Below the pieces are notes generated by a model, which did no database searches, was not told the DNA's origin, and worked only from the letters and a program-made list of their open reading frames with translations. A DNA stretch of 64,000 nucleotides from Octopus sinensis (taxonomy: Eukaryota). The stretch is taken from the NCBI RefSeq assembly GCF_006345805.1, contig NC_043006.1, forward strand, positions 75,950,001 through 76,014,000, given 5' to 3'. Shown here piece after piece: positions 26,134 through 37,385 of the stretch. Each line of letters begins with the position of its first letter. The first letter of the stretch is position 1. A program made the translations under genes and the position numbers.

Positions 26134-26355
26134 TGCAGTTCCGACAGCCGGGGGTGTTTGTCTCCCCTTCGTATATGTATATAAGGACACAGGGAAAAAA
26201 TGTGTCAAAGCTATCAGGAGGCGTTCGATGCATCCTAGGGCTATACAGCGGTGATGTACCCCCTACTGTCACGTTCTTGTTAGATTGACAGTATACAAGC
26301 ATTCTATCGCCCCACCACCGTACATGTCTCTACGAGAGATTTAGAAGTTCAATAT

Positions 26356-26418
<63 letters not shown>

Positions 26419-27499
26419 GTGTGTGTATGTGTGTGCGTGTGTGCGTGTGTGTCTGTGTGTGTCTGTGTGTCGGTCTGCGTTTGCGTGTGTTGTGTGTGTC
26501 TGTGTGTATGTGCGTCTTAATGTCTATTTGTCCTTCGCCACCGAATGACAACCGTTATTGTTATATCTACATCCTCTGAACTTAGCGGTTCGGCAAGAGG
26601 AGGCCGATAAAGTTAGTACCAGGCTTTTATAGAATTAGTCGTGAGCTCGATTTCTTCCACTAAATCCTTTCAAGGCGGTGCCCCAGCATGGCCTCAATAA
26701 AATGACTAAAACAAGTAATACATGAAAAATAAAGTTCTAAAGATCTTAATGTCGATTTGGAATGATAAAAAAAATGTTGATCAGAGACTCGGTTACATAT
26801 ATTGATATACTTACATTATGATCGTTACATAAAGGCTACATAAGTATATACATATTTTCCTATATATCTGTAAAAATAAATAGATACTTGTTAGGTTTAG
26901 TAAATGTATTTAACTGCAAAAACATTTATAAATATCTCATACGATGAATCACTGAGGACTCTTCAAATAATAAAGAAAAAAAATGTATTCAATTGAAAAC
27001 TAATAGAATTACAAAAAGAGCGATCTCTATTTATATCGGTTATGTGAACAATAGTCTATTTTTATCCTAATATGTTATACAGACAAATTGAATAACATAA
27101 TCGAATCAAATTATAATCAATATAACACTAAGGAATACGAATTAGTTTCTGAATCACTACAGATAATCGATAGGTTATTTCAAGTTAAACTAACTTGACA
27201 GTTGCAACTTGTGGTTTAATATACTATTTTCCCCTTTCACTGGATTCAGTCAGTGATCTGTAGCAATGATGGAACCCCGTCGTCAAGAGTGTTGTCGATT
27301 ATATCGATCAGAGTAGTGGAGTCTTTCTCTTAAGTTTAATACTTAATATATCGATCTTCGTTCATCGAACCGCTACTTTACATGACACAAAGTGACACAA
27401 AATAATCACAACAGTAGTTTTAGTCGGTGTAGCCATATAGCCAGACCAGGATACAACCGCATATACATATCTTCTCATAGTTATATATATATATATATA

Positions 27500-27794
27500 T
27501 AACGTGATCGTGTGACCGACCAGGGTATCAGATGTTGCTATCGCTGGTCACAATGCGCTACACATCGTTGGTCAAATGACGCCAGCTAAGTGAGCAGGCC
27601 AACAGAAGAAAGAACGAGAGAAAGTTGTGGTGAAAGAGTACAGTAGGGATCGCCACTGCCACCCCTGCCGGAGCATCGTGGAACATTTAGGTGTTTTTCG
27701 CTCAATAAATACTCACAATGCCCGGTCTGGAAATCAAAACCGCGATACTACGACCGCGAGTCCGCTGCCCTAACCACTGGGCCATTACGCCTCC
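27500..27794 (-). mobile_element. SINE with C head and an alternative tail (C2)
   Basis: Reverse complement of the C head at the right; tail ...CGGTCACACGATCACGTT differs from 42885-43270. Confidence 0.85.
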
Positions 27795-28662
27795 ACACAC
27801 ACACTCACACACATACATACACGCACACACACACACATGCACACAGACGCACACGCACACACACTTTTATTCTGTAGCGGTCAACTTGTGGACCAGATAA
27901 ATTCTGGTCCTAGATCTTTTCAGCGGCACGTACTCACAACAAACCACTTGCTCTGATGAGAATTCGTCGTCTTCTGTATCAAATATAGCCACTGCTGTGA
28001 CGATTTATTTTTCTCTTTCTCTTTGATATTTACGGGAGGAGAAAAAAACGTAGAATCTTGTTATTGCAAACATTACCTATGGTGGCTAGAGATATTAGTC
28101 GCTTCGTTTCTAAATTACGGGCTTATAGAAACAAGCGGTAGAACGTCGCGTGATTAATCTCTTCTTTTCAGGAATAGCATTGCTCCTATTTTTAATAGGA
28201 AGGACCCACAAAAATGATGTAGTCAAAGCCTACCAAATTCTGGAACTGACCAGCGCCTCTTTGACTGAGAGGTTATCCTCTCTTTGCAGGCTCCTGTGAA
28301 TCCATCGAAGAAATATACAATTTTCGAAGAAATAAACCTAGACGAACCGACTTGTCGTTTTTTCTAATGTATTTGCAAGCTGATCTAATCATTATCTCAA
28401 CCGTAGCATATTTAACAATATTTGATTACGTGCTATATCATTTATCTAATAATTCTTTTCTTTCAGAGTGTGTTTCTAGTATCATGTAATTGCTATATTA
28501 TCTTCGTATATTAACTCGAGCAGAATCACAACAAAAGTCATGTTTACAACAACACTGTTGGTGATTATACTTTGATGTCTTCTAATTATATTGGCTATAA
28601 TTATACTACTGAATTAGGTATAACTAAATTACAGATGTTTGTACGGCATATTTTTATACCAT

Positions 28663-29078
28663 AGGCGCATGCATGGCTATGTGGTAAGAAACTTGGTTCC
28701 TAATCACATGGTTCAGGATTCAGTGTCCTACCTCGGTACACCTTGGGCAAGTGTGCTCTACTAAAGTCTCGATCCGACCAAAGCCTTGTGAGTGGATTTG
28801 GAAGACGGAAACTGAAAGAAGTCCATAGTATATATTCACATACGTTTATATGTTTGTGTGTCTTTGTCTCTGTGTTTGTCCCGTCCACTATTACTTGACG
28901 ACTAGTGGTGGTGAGTTTATGTCCCAGTAACATAGCAGTTCTGCAAAAGGGACCGATACAATATGAACCAGGCTTTAAAAAATGTACTAGGGTCGATACA
29001 TTCAGCTAGAAATTTTTCATGGTGGTGCCCCAGCATGGCCGCAGTGTAAGGACTGAAAGAAGTAGAAGATAAAAGATA
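28663..29078 (+). mobile_element. SINE family B
   Basis: Full head-body-tail similarity to the other B copies. Confidence 0.85.
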
Positions 29079-29603
29079 GTTTCAATGATTCGTTTTCCTC
29101 ATTTACAAAATGTATGGACAGTAAGACGCATGACCACGCCAATCTCGAATCAAAATCCTGTATTCATGCCGCTCCGAGCAGCTACGTCTCTGATCAAATA
29201 TTCTAATATTCTCTGGGATTTATATGAACATAAGGATATAAAGGAAATCCTTTTCAACCTGTAATTCAAATTATGCAGCCTCATTCTTCAAGGGAAATCC
29301 TCCCAATGCTCCTTTCTACAGTGGATATGGTCTTAAATTAATCTCTCTATTATACAAGTGTTTAAATCATAAATCTTCTTTAAGGTGAAAGAGTTTCTCG
29401 ATTATAAAAAAGCTTGACATCTGCATGTATTGAACATTGTGTGAATACATTAACTAGATGCTCTTCTACTGCTGCCATATTAACCACGACGCTCTAAATA
29501 TTACGATGCAATTTATATTTATAAATATTATTCAGATTGACTAGAAGATAACTTTCCAGATCTCCATTTCAGAATATGCACGCATGCGGATCTATATATG
29601 GGG

Positions 29604-29932
29604 AGAACCCCTTTGGTCATGAATGACCATGGGATTGCACCTAGAAAGTTACCCTCCGAAGTACACATCTGGGGAAGTTTGTTTATGGAAGGCCAGCAGT
29701 CGCCCACGCATACCAGCCTCTCCTCTCCACACCCCGATGTTATCCAAGGGAAAGGCAAAGGCCGATACTGTTTGGCACCAGTGATGTCGCAACTCATTTC
29801 TACAGCCGAGTTAACTGGAGTAACGCGAAATGAAGTGCCTTGCTCAAGAACATAACACGCAGCCCGATCCAGGAATCGAACTCACAGCCTCACGATCGTA
29901 AGCTCAACTCTCTAACCACTGAACCATGCGCC
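29604..29932 (-). mobile_element. SINE family D
   Basis: Reverse complement of 22980-23297. Confidence 0.9.
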
Positions 29933-29939
29933 TTCACGC

Positions 29940-29981
<42 letters not shown>

Positions 29982-30029
29982 ATCTACATACATCCATACA
30001 TATATATACATACACACACACACACACAC

Positions 30030-30125
<96 letters not shown>

Positions 30126-31234
30126 TGACAGGTCGTGGCAGCATTTTTTTCTCGTCTCAGTTGTTATAGCAAAACAAGAATTTGCTTCGGCAAAAACTTA
30201 CCACTATCTTTCTTCGCTGACTCTAAGCAAGATAAAACTGTTATTTTGCATAAAGACATTTTGTTTGGGAAAAATGGAATTGTGAATTCATGATATTTCC
30301 CCCGTGTTACATGTACATGAAAAATGGGAAAAATCTTCTACATTAATATTGTGTTGTCAGAACAAAGGCATCGCTCGTGATTTTTTTTCTAGGTTTCCAT
30401 GACAGATCGGAGAAAATGAAGAAGGTATCCCCAAAACGGAGATCTGGCCCAAATGCATACACATATTACAAGGTGGTGTTAATCTATTTGATGAATTGAA
30501 TGTACCTCTGGGAATCGTAACTCCGATGGGCTTTTATATGGTTTCCATCTAACCAATTTCATTTCCAGGATTTCGTAAAAAGAAACTAACAGAATGTGTA
30601 CCAAGCTTAAAAATAAGTACTGGAACCAATTCGTTTAAATAAGCCGTGCCTCAGCATGACTGCAGTCTAGTGAGGAAAACCAGTAAAAGAAAATAAAGGT
30701 TTACTACAACACGGAATCGAAAGATATCAAAACAAAGTAACAGCCATTAAAATAGCGATAATTATAAACGTAAGTTATATTGTTATTTTAATGTGAATAT
30801 GGATACTAAATGGTTACTTTCACTAAATAGATTAGCCATTTTCTAAATGTTAAAATGAATAGCTAATAAATACTTATATATTACTATATCTATCATGGTA
30901 GATCATTAAGTGAGCCCACATTATACAATTGTTAACAGAATTTTTTTTTTTTTTCAGATGCTGGAAAATTGTTTGGACATTTGTTTATTTTAGCTGAAAT
31001 TACATAGATATGTAACTGAAAATGAATAGGCGTCTCCAATTTCGTAATTAGCCGACAGACTAATGGGTGACCGATTATGACCTCGAGATACCTGCTGACA
31101 ATACTGAAATGTTTCGAACAATGAGATAGCTTTAGTTAAAGTCAGGGAAAAAGAAACGAAACATATACTATATATAAGACATGCTTGGGGCGAAAACATC
31201 TCTGATATTTCTTTTCCCCTTTATTCATAAGTAT

Positions 31235-31243
31235 GCATGCGTG

Positions 31244-31275
<32 letters not shown>

Positions 31276-31482
31276 TGTATGTATGTATGTATGTATGTAT
31301 GTATGTATGTAGTATGTATGTATGTACGTACGTACGTATGTATGTATGTATGTATGTTGTATGTATGTATGTATGTATGTATGTATGTATGTACGTACGT
31401 ACGTATGTATGTATGTATGTATGTATGTGTGTATGTATCTATGCATGCATGCATGTATGTATGCATGTATGTGTATGTGTGC

Positions 31483-31536
<54 letters not shown>

Positions 31537-31570
31537 GTATGCATACGTACATGCATATATATATATATAT
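31235..31570. repeat. (TATG)n/(TA)n compound microsatellite
   Basis: Directly visible. Confidence 0.95.
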
Positions 31571-32022
31571 CATCATCGTTTAATGTCCGCTTTCTATGCT
31601 AGCATGGGCTGGACGATTTGACCGAGGACTGGCGAACCAGATGGCTGCACCATGCTCCAATCTGATCTGGCAGAGCTTCTACAGCTGGATGTCCTTCCTA
31701 ACGCCAACCACTCCGAGAATGTAGTGGGTGCTTTTATGTGTCACCGGCACGAGGGCCATTCGGGTGGTACTGGCAACGGCCACGCTCAAATGGTGGTTTT
31801 TACGTTCCACCTGCAGAGGAGCCAGTCCAGCGGCACTGGGAATGACCTAATTCGAATGTTTTTTCACGAGCCACCGGCACAGGTGCCAGTAAGGTGACGC
31901 TGGTAATGATCACGCTCGAATGGTGCTTCTTACGTCCCACCGGCACGGAAGCCAGTTAGCTGCTCTGGCAACGATCACGCTCCACTAGCACGGATGCCAG
32001 TCATCGAATTTAATTTCGATTT
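31570..32022 (-). mobile_element. Retroposon with RTE-like 3' end, (TGA)n tail and internal ~65-bp tandem units
   Basis: CATCATCGTTTAATGTCCGC end; GGATGTCCTTCCTAACGCCAACC motif typical of RTE-type tails (from memory); CACCGGCAC..GCCA...GGCAACG..CACGCTC units recur. Confidence 0.65.
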
Positions 32023-32888
32023 CTTATATATATGTGTGTATGTGTGTGTGTGTGTGTGTGTGTGTTTATGTTGCTTCCATTTTAAAGATTAATGTTACAA
32101 TTAAGAGTAGAATACGGATCATCTATATGATGGTATGGATCAAACTCTAATATTTTCATCACACTGACAAAACTAACTTCAAATTAAGGCGACACACCAA
32201 ATAGTTTTTCGTTTTACACACGATGTAAACGAACAAGTGTTAAGTGAAAGTATACATATATACAAGCGTACAAACATTTCAAAATCTTACACGAAAAGCA
32301 ACCACTGTAGTATTAATAAGGGAGAAAAATTAACTAGAAAATCAATTTTTGTGACGGTCCAGTAGTGATAACAAGATGCTCTTCTAAATCTGTCATACTA
32401 ACAACGATTAAAAAATAAAGACAAATGAATTATCCCTTACCTTCTCAAAACTGTACCACTTACCAAATATTTTGAAAATCTTACCGAGAATCATGATTAA
32501 AATAATTTAGCCGCCAAATCTCGCCACATTGTTTTAAAAGGTATAAACCAAATTCATGTTGTTTTGTATATCTGAGTAGGCATCCAATTATTATTTGTAG
32601 TTTTGACTTCCATACATTTCCTTGTGCGAAAATGCTAACCTTATGCGAAGATTTGAAACTAATGTTGACTCGCAATATCATGGTTATAATTTATGCAGAT
32701 GTAGAAATTAATTCATAGCGTTACAACGATGAGTTTTATAGCGAATACTAATAGAAGCTGAATCAAACTTTTAGACGCTACTTTCCATCTAATTTTAGGT
32801 ACATTGTGCCCTAATAAAAAGTCAAATGAAATTATGTTTTATATTTTCAAAGACTCTTCTACCCGCCTAATACTTTCGAAAACTTACA

Positions 32889-33279
32889 GGCGCAGGTGTG
32901 GCTGTGTGGTAAGAAGCTTACTAACCAACCACATGGTTCCCGTTTCAGTCCCACTGCGTGACACCTTGGGCAGGTGCCTTCTACTAAAGCCTCGGGTCGA
33001 CCAAAGCCTTGTGAGTGGATTTGGTAGACGGAAACTGAGAGAAGCCCGTCGTATATATGTATATATATATATATATATGTATGTATGCATATGCATGCAT
33101 CACTTGACAACCGGTGCTGGTGTGTTTACGTCCCTGTAACTTCGCGGTTCGGCAAAAGAGACAGATAGAATAAGTACTTACAAAGAATAAGTCCTGGGGT
33201 CGATTTGCTCGACTAAAGGCGGTGCTCTAGCATGGCCGCAGTTAAATGGCTGAAATAAGTAAAAGACTAAAAGAGTAAA
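32889..33279 (+). mobile_element. SINE family B, well preserved
   Basis: GGCGCAGGTGTGGCTGTGTGGTAAG head through AAGTAAAAGA tail. Confidence 0.9.
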
Positions 33280-33496
33280 TGAGATTCATTAGTAAAAGAA
33301 TTTCTAAAATGTCATCGTGCGGGTAGCTATTTTACGGCGCTCCTGTATTTCATAATTAGCTTTGAACAGAGGTGGCTTCAAAGACAGGATCGAATACACA
33401 CCTCCACATAAATAATCTACTGAAGAATATATCCAGAATAGGCAAGCTATGTGCCATAACATCTCTTTCAGTTTGAATGTGACATAACGTCCCATA

Positions 33497-33867
33497 TCTC
33501 TCTATATATAAACGGCAGTTTGTCTGCGTGTGTTTCTGTGTGTCTGTTAGATTGTACCCTCACCCTGACCACGGCTTTCAACCGATTTTGATGAAACTTG
33601 ACACACACATAGCCCAATGTCATAATTCAAAACTAACGCAGCGAAAATTTTGAAAAGTTCCCCCAGTTCTGAAAAAAAATCGATAAATTCGACATGGGGT
33701 CGAGAATCAGAAACACAAACCACAGACAGTCTAGCGGACGTAACTCGACCTTTTTAACAAAAAAAAATTTACCATAATTTTTTTTCCATTTTTCGGCTAT
33801 AACTCTCTAAAAATGCTTTATAGTTATTTCCCTTACAAACCCGAGCAACGCCGGGCGATACTGCTAG
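33497..33867 (+). mobile_element. Non-autonomous Helitron
   Basis: A|TC 5' end, CCCGAGCAACGCCGGG hairpin (33840-33855), CTAG|T 3' end, no TSD. Confidence 0.9.
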
Positions 33868-34521
33868 TCCTTTATAAATCTAGTGAATACACACTTTCAT
33901 AGTAACCATAAGCTGTATGAAAAAATTTAACAAACACAACTCCAAATTAAGTTGCTAATTCTTCAATTAATTAGCATAGGAATTATTAGTTCTCTCCTCT
34001 CTACATGATTCCTTATTTCAGTGCAAATGATGTAGCAGGGCTACTTGCATTCAATATGGTAAATGCATTCAGATTACTGTTGATTACTACACCATGTTCC
34101 TCTAATGTTAACAACGATGAGAGAAAGTGTGCTATAGGCTTTACCAGAATCTCATTAAATTCTAGACGAATTCAACGTAGGCAGATGTTTAGTAAAGGAA
34201 TAACAATAACACTTCCCAAATACGGCTGGTGTTTAAAAGATGAAAGCATCTCAAAGTACAAAATTAAATACTGTATTATGGAATCGACCATTGTATACAT
34301 CAACGGCCACGAATACGCCCACTGATTATTCTGATTTATTCTCATTACGTAACCTATAAATTCTCGACTGAAGTTAATTTCTTTGATGTCCCTACATACT
34401 TATGCAAGCTATCCACTAGATGATGCAGCACGTGCTCGTAGCTAATACTAAATCATATAATATACCTGATTTCTTTCTTTTCCTTTTAATTATATTCGCC
34501 TCTTTTTCTACAATTCTCTAC

Positions 34522-34592
34522 GGTTATATGGCTTGGTGGTTAAGAGCGCGGGCTACTAACTCCAAGATTCCGAGTTCGATTCCAGGCAGTGA

Positions 34593-34641
<49 letters not shown>

Positions 34642-34836
34642 TACAATAACAACATCGAAAAATACTTTAGGAATGAGAACCCACGTTCGAAATTTCCCAA
34701 AGACACCTGAAGAAGGCCGGAGGGTATATCAGCCGAAACGTTGTGCTAACAACAAACAAGATGAGAATAAATATCTGTCAGATGTAAATAATGTAAATAA
34801 TGTACATAATTCCTCATCTCTTAAATATAGAACTGA
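34522..34836 (+). mobile_element. tRNA-headed SINE with an (AAT)n linker and a hammerhead-containing 3' part
   Basis: A-box TGGCTTGGTGG (34529-34539), B-box GAGTTCGATTCC (34572-34583), acceptor-stem-like GGTTAT/GTGACC, (AAT)n, HHR motif at 34702-34747. Confidence 0.75.
34702..34747 (+). ncRNA. Minimal PLE-type type I hammerhead motif
   Basis: GACAC-CUGAAGA-A-GGCCG...CAGCC-GAA-ACGU-U/GUGCU; palindromic ACGU stem III (dimer-type); one mismatch each in stems I and II. Confidence 0.65.
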
Positions 34837-35268
34837 ACTCTCTACTCCGAGTACAAAGAGTGAGTTTCTTTGTAATCGGAGTTTCGCCTGTGGATACACA
34901 GTATTGTCAAGTTAAGTAAGGATTAAGTTATAACAATTTTCTGTAGATTGTATGGGATTCAATGGTGAAACTCCGAGTAGGAACATACTCACTCAAAAAG
35001 AAATATTGATCCATAATGGGGTATTGCGCGGTTGAGCGAAATGGGAAGTTTTAGAGGGAACTAGGAAAGGTCGTGGGCCCTATCGGTAGTAGGAGGATAG
35101 ATAAAAAGCTGGCGGACTTTCCCTCAATTCATTACTAAATATCTTTCTCTCTTCTTCATTGTTAAAAGCTAGAAGAGCTCGATTGTATTTCAGTCATGTA
35201 AATGACTGATACATTCCTTTCTCTGTTTCTATCGCTTCACTCCTTTTCTCTACGGTGAAGAGAGTGAA

Positions 35269-35613
35269 GATGTGTAGCTCAGTGGCTAGAGGTATTCGAC
35301 CCACAATCGTAAAGTCATGAGTACGATTCCCTTCGACGCTCTGTGTTCTTGAGCAAGGTACTCTACTTTACCTTGCTACAGTCCACTCAGCTTGCAAAAA
35401 TGAGATGTAGCTGTAATTCAAACGGAGCAGCTTTGTCATATTCTGTGTGAGACTGAATCAGTCTCACACAGTTTGCTCGTAAAATTAACGCGCAAGTGGC
35501 TGAGTGCTATGCATGTCTGTGGAGCACTCAGCCACTTGCGCGTTAATTTTACGAGCAAACTCTTCCGTTGATCAGACAAACAGGAACCCCATCTTCGTAA
35601 CTGGCGGAGTGCC
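35269..35613 (+). mobile_element. D-head/C1-tail SINE with an internal 39-bp inverted duplication
   Basis: TAGCTCAGTGG A-box, GTGTTCTTGAGCAAGG, tail ...GTAACTGGCGGAGTGCC; 35470-35508 is the exact reverse complement of 35523-35561. Confidence 0.85.
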
Positions 35614-36825
35614 ATTTTTTAAAAAGAGGGAAAGAAAAGGAAATGTCTATATCGCAAGGCAAAAATGTTATGTGTTTAGGATAAGCAGTGAAAGCTAAGA
35701 CGAAATAATTTGTTGCACTGTTGTGTATTCGCCCTCGACTCACGCTCAGTTTAACAACAGACTGCGCATCGGTGTTTATCAGGAACATTGGTCTCCAAAT
35801 CTGTGACTCCCACAAAAGCCGCTGGTAGAACCGGATTAACACCCATAGTAACCTTAATGACTAAAAAGATATTCCTGCTCCTAAATAGGATCTCTTTTCG
35901 TTTTCTTCCAAACACTTGAAGGTTTATCTTGTTCCAGTCCACTCAGCTGGCCAAAATGAGTTGTAGTTTTAATTCAAAGTGGCCAGCCTTGTCATATTCT
36001 GTGTGAGGCTGAATCTCCCTGAGAACTACGTTAATGTTATGCACGTCTCTGGAATACCTAGTCAATTGCGAGTTAATTTCATCTGCGTGTGGTAATGAAC
36101 TGTGAAAGTGACATCCAATATTTCCTGTAGTTACTTGTCTGTGATTTAACAATGTGTCTGCGTATCTATAAATCAAATTTTCTTTCTATCTATGTATCTA
36201 CTGTTTCTCTCACATTCTCTCTTTCTCTCTCTCACTTCTTCTGTGTCCCTCATCTCTCTCTATTTTAATTCAACAGTATATGTATATAGGTATCACATTT
36301 TCTTTTCATCTATGTATCTACTTTTCTTGCGATGCGATAAACATTTAAAAACAAAAGGAACGATGTCACCACTCACTGTCTCTCTCACTTCTTCTATGTC
36401 ATTCTCTCTCCCTCTTTGCCAATCACTTCTTCCTTTGAAGTTAGTGTGATATACGCCACAGGTACGTACAAAAAAAAAACAAGTTGGCAATTTAATATTA
36501 CTGATATATATATATATATATATGTTTGTATGTATGTATATATATGTATACGCAGGTATATTTCCATGCATATGTATATATGTGTGTGTATGCGTGCGCA
36601 TTAACTATTCGCAAAAATAGACACATACACAGACAAATTTTGATCCTAAAAATTCTATAGATGGAATTTTATTTCTATCTGCATATTTATGTTCTTTTAT
36701 GAATTCGTTTTTATGTGCAAGTAAATTCTTTCTTTTATTCACATTTTATTCAACACTTTATCGTTGAAAATATGTTCTTCTCCATTCGAAAATGAATTCT
36801 GAAACTATTATTCAATATGGTATAA

Positions 36826-37385
36826 GGTAGCGGGTTGGCAGAAACGTTAGCGCGCCGTGCGAATTGCTTAGCAGTATTTCGCCTGCCGCTACGTTCTGAG
36901 TTCAAATTCCGCCGAGGTCGACTTTGCCTTTCATCATTTCGGGGTCGATTGAATAAGTACCAGTTACGCACTGGGGTCGATATAATCGACTTAATCCGTT
37001 TGTCTGTCCTTGTTTGTCTTCTCTGTGTTTAGCCTGTTGTGGGTAGTAAAGAAATAGGTATTTCGCCGAGTTCAAATTCCGCCGAGGTCGACTTTGCCTT
37101 TAATCCTTTCGGGGTCGATTGAATAAGTACCAGTTACGCACTGGGGTCGATATAATCGACTTAATCCGTTTGTCTGTCCTTGTTTGTCCTCTGTGTGTTT
37201 AGCCCCTTGTGGGTAGTAAAGAAATAGGTATTTCGTCTGCTGTTACGTTCTGAGTTCAAGTTCACTGAGGTCGACTTTGCTTTCCATATTTTCGGAGTCG
37301 ATAAAATAAGTACCAGTTGAGTACTGAGGTTGATGTAATCGACTATCTCCCTCCTCCAAATTTCAAGCCTAGTAGAAAGGATTAT
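36826..37385 (+). mobile_element. Tandem SINE chain: A, truncated A, A' remainder
   Basis: Two near-identical bodies ending AAAGAAATA (37056, 37226), each followed by GGTATTTCG. Confidence 0.9.

Larger units (their letters stand above)
25627..26356. mobile_element. Retrozyme-like non-coding HHR element: 364-bp monomer plus 42-bp redundancy (-) joined to an inverted 326-bp copy (+)
   Basis: 42-bp direct repeat at 25627-25668 and 25991-26032 (period 364); 25627-25903 is the reverse complement of 26031-26307 (5 differences in 277 bp); 25943-26032 is inverted at 26266-26356. Confidence 0.85.
25427..26712 (+). mobile_element. SINE B interrupted at its internal (TA)n by the hammerhead element
   Basis: 5' half ends ...GAAAGAAGCCCGTCACATATG(TA)n; 3' half resumes (TA)n(TG)n...CTTAGCGGTTCGGCAAG...CCAGCATGGCC. 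Confidence 0.85.

Noticed and set aside
27953-27975. CTGATGAG hammerhead-like core
   Set aside because: No stem II/GAAA/stem III arrangement follows.
32481-32681. Minus-strand ORF ending at a GTAAG donor-like site
   Set aside because: No convincing acceptor or homology; donor-like words are frequent here.
34005-34325. 106-aa non-repetitive ORF with a possible internal short exon
   Set aside because: No recognisable motif, no partner exons; within chance expectation.
34522-34594. tRNA-like heads (also 15543, 22980, 42885) as tRNA genes
   Set aside because: Broken T or anticodon stems and continuity with SINE bodies; they are SINE promoters.
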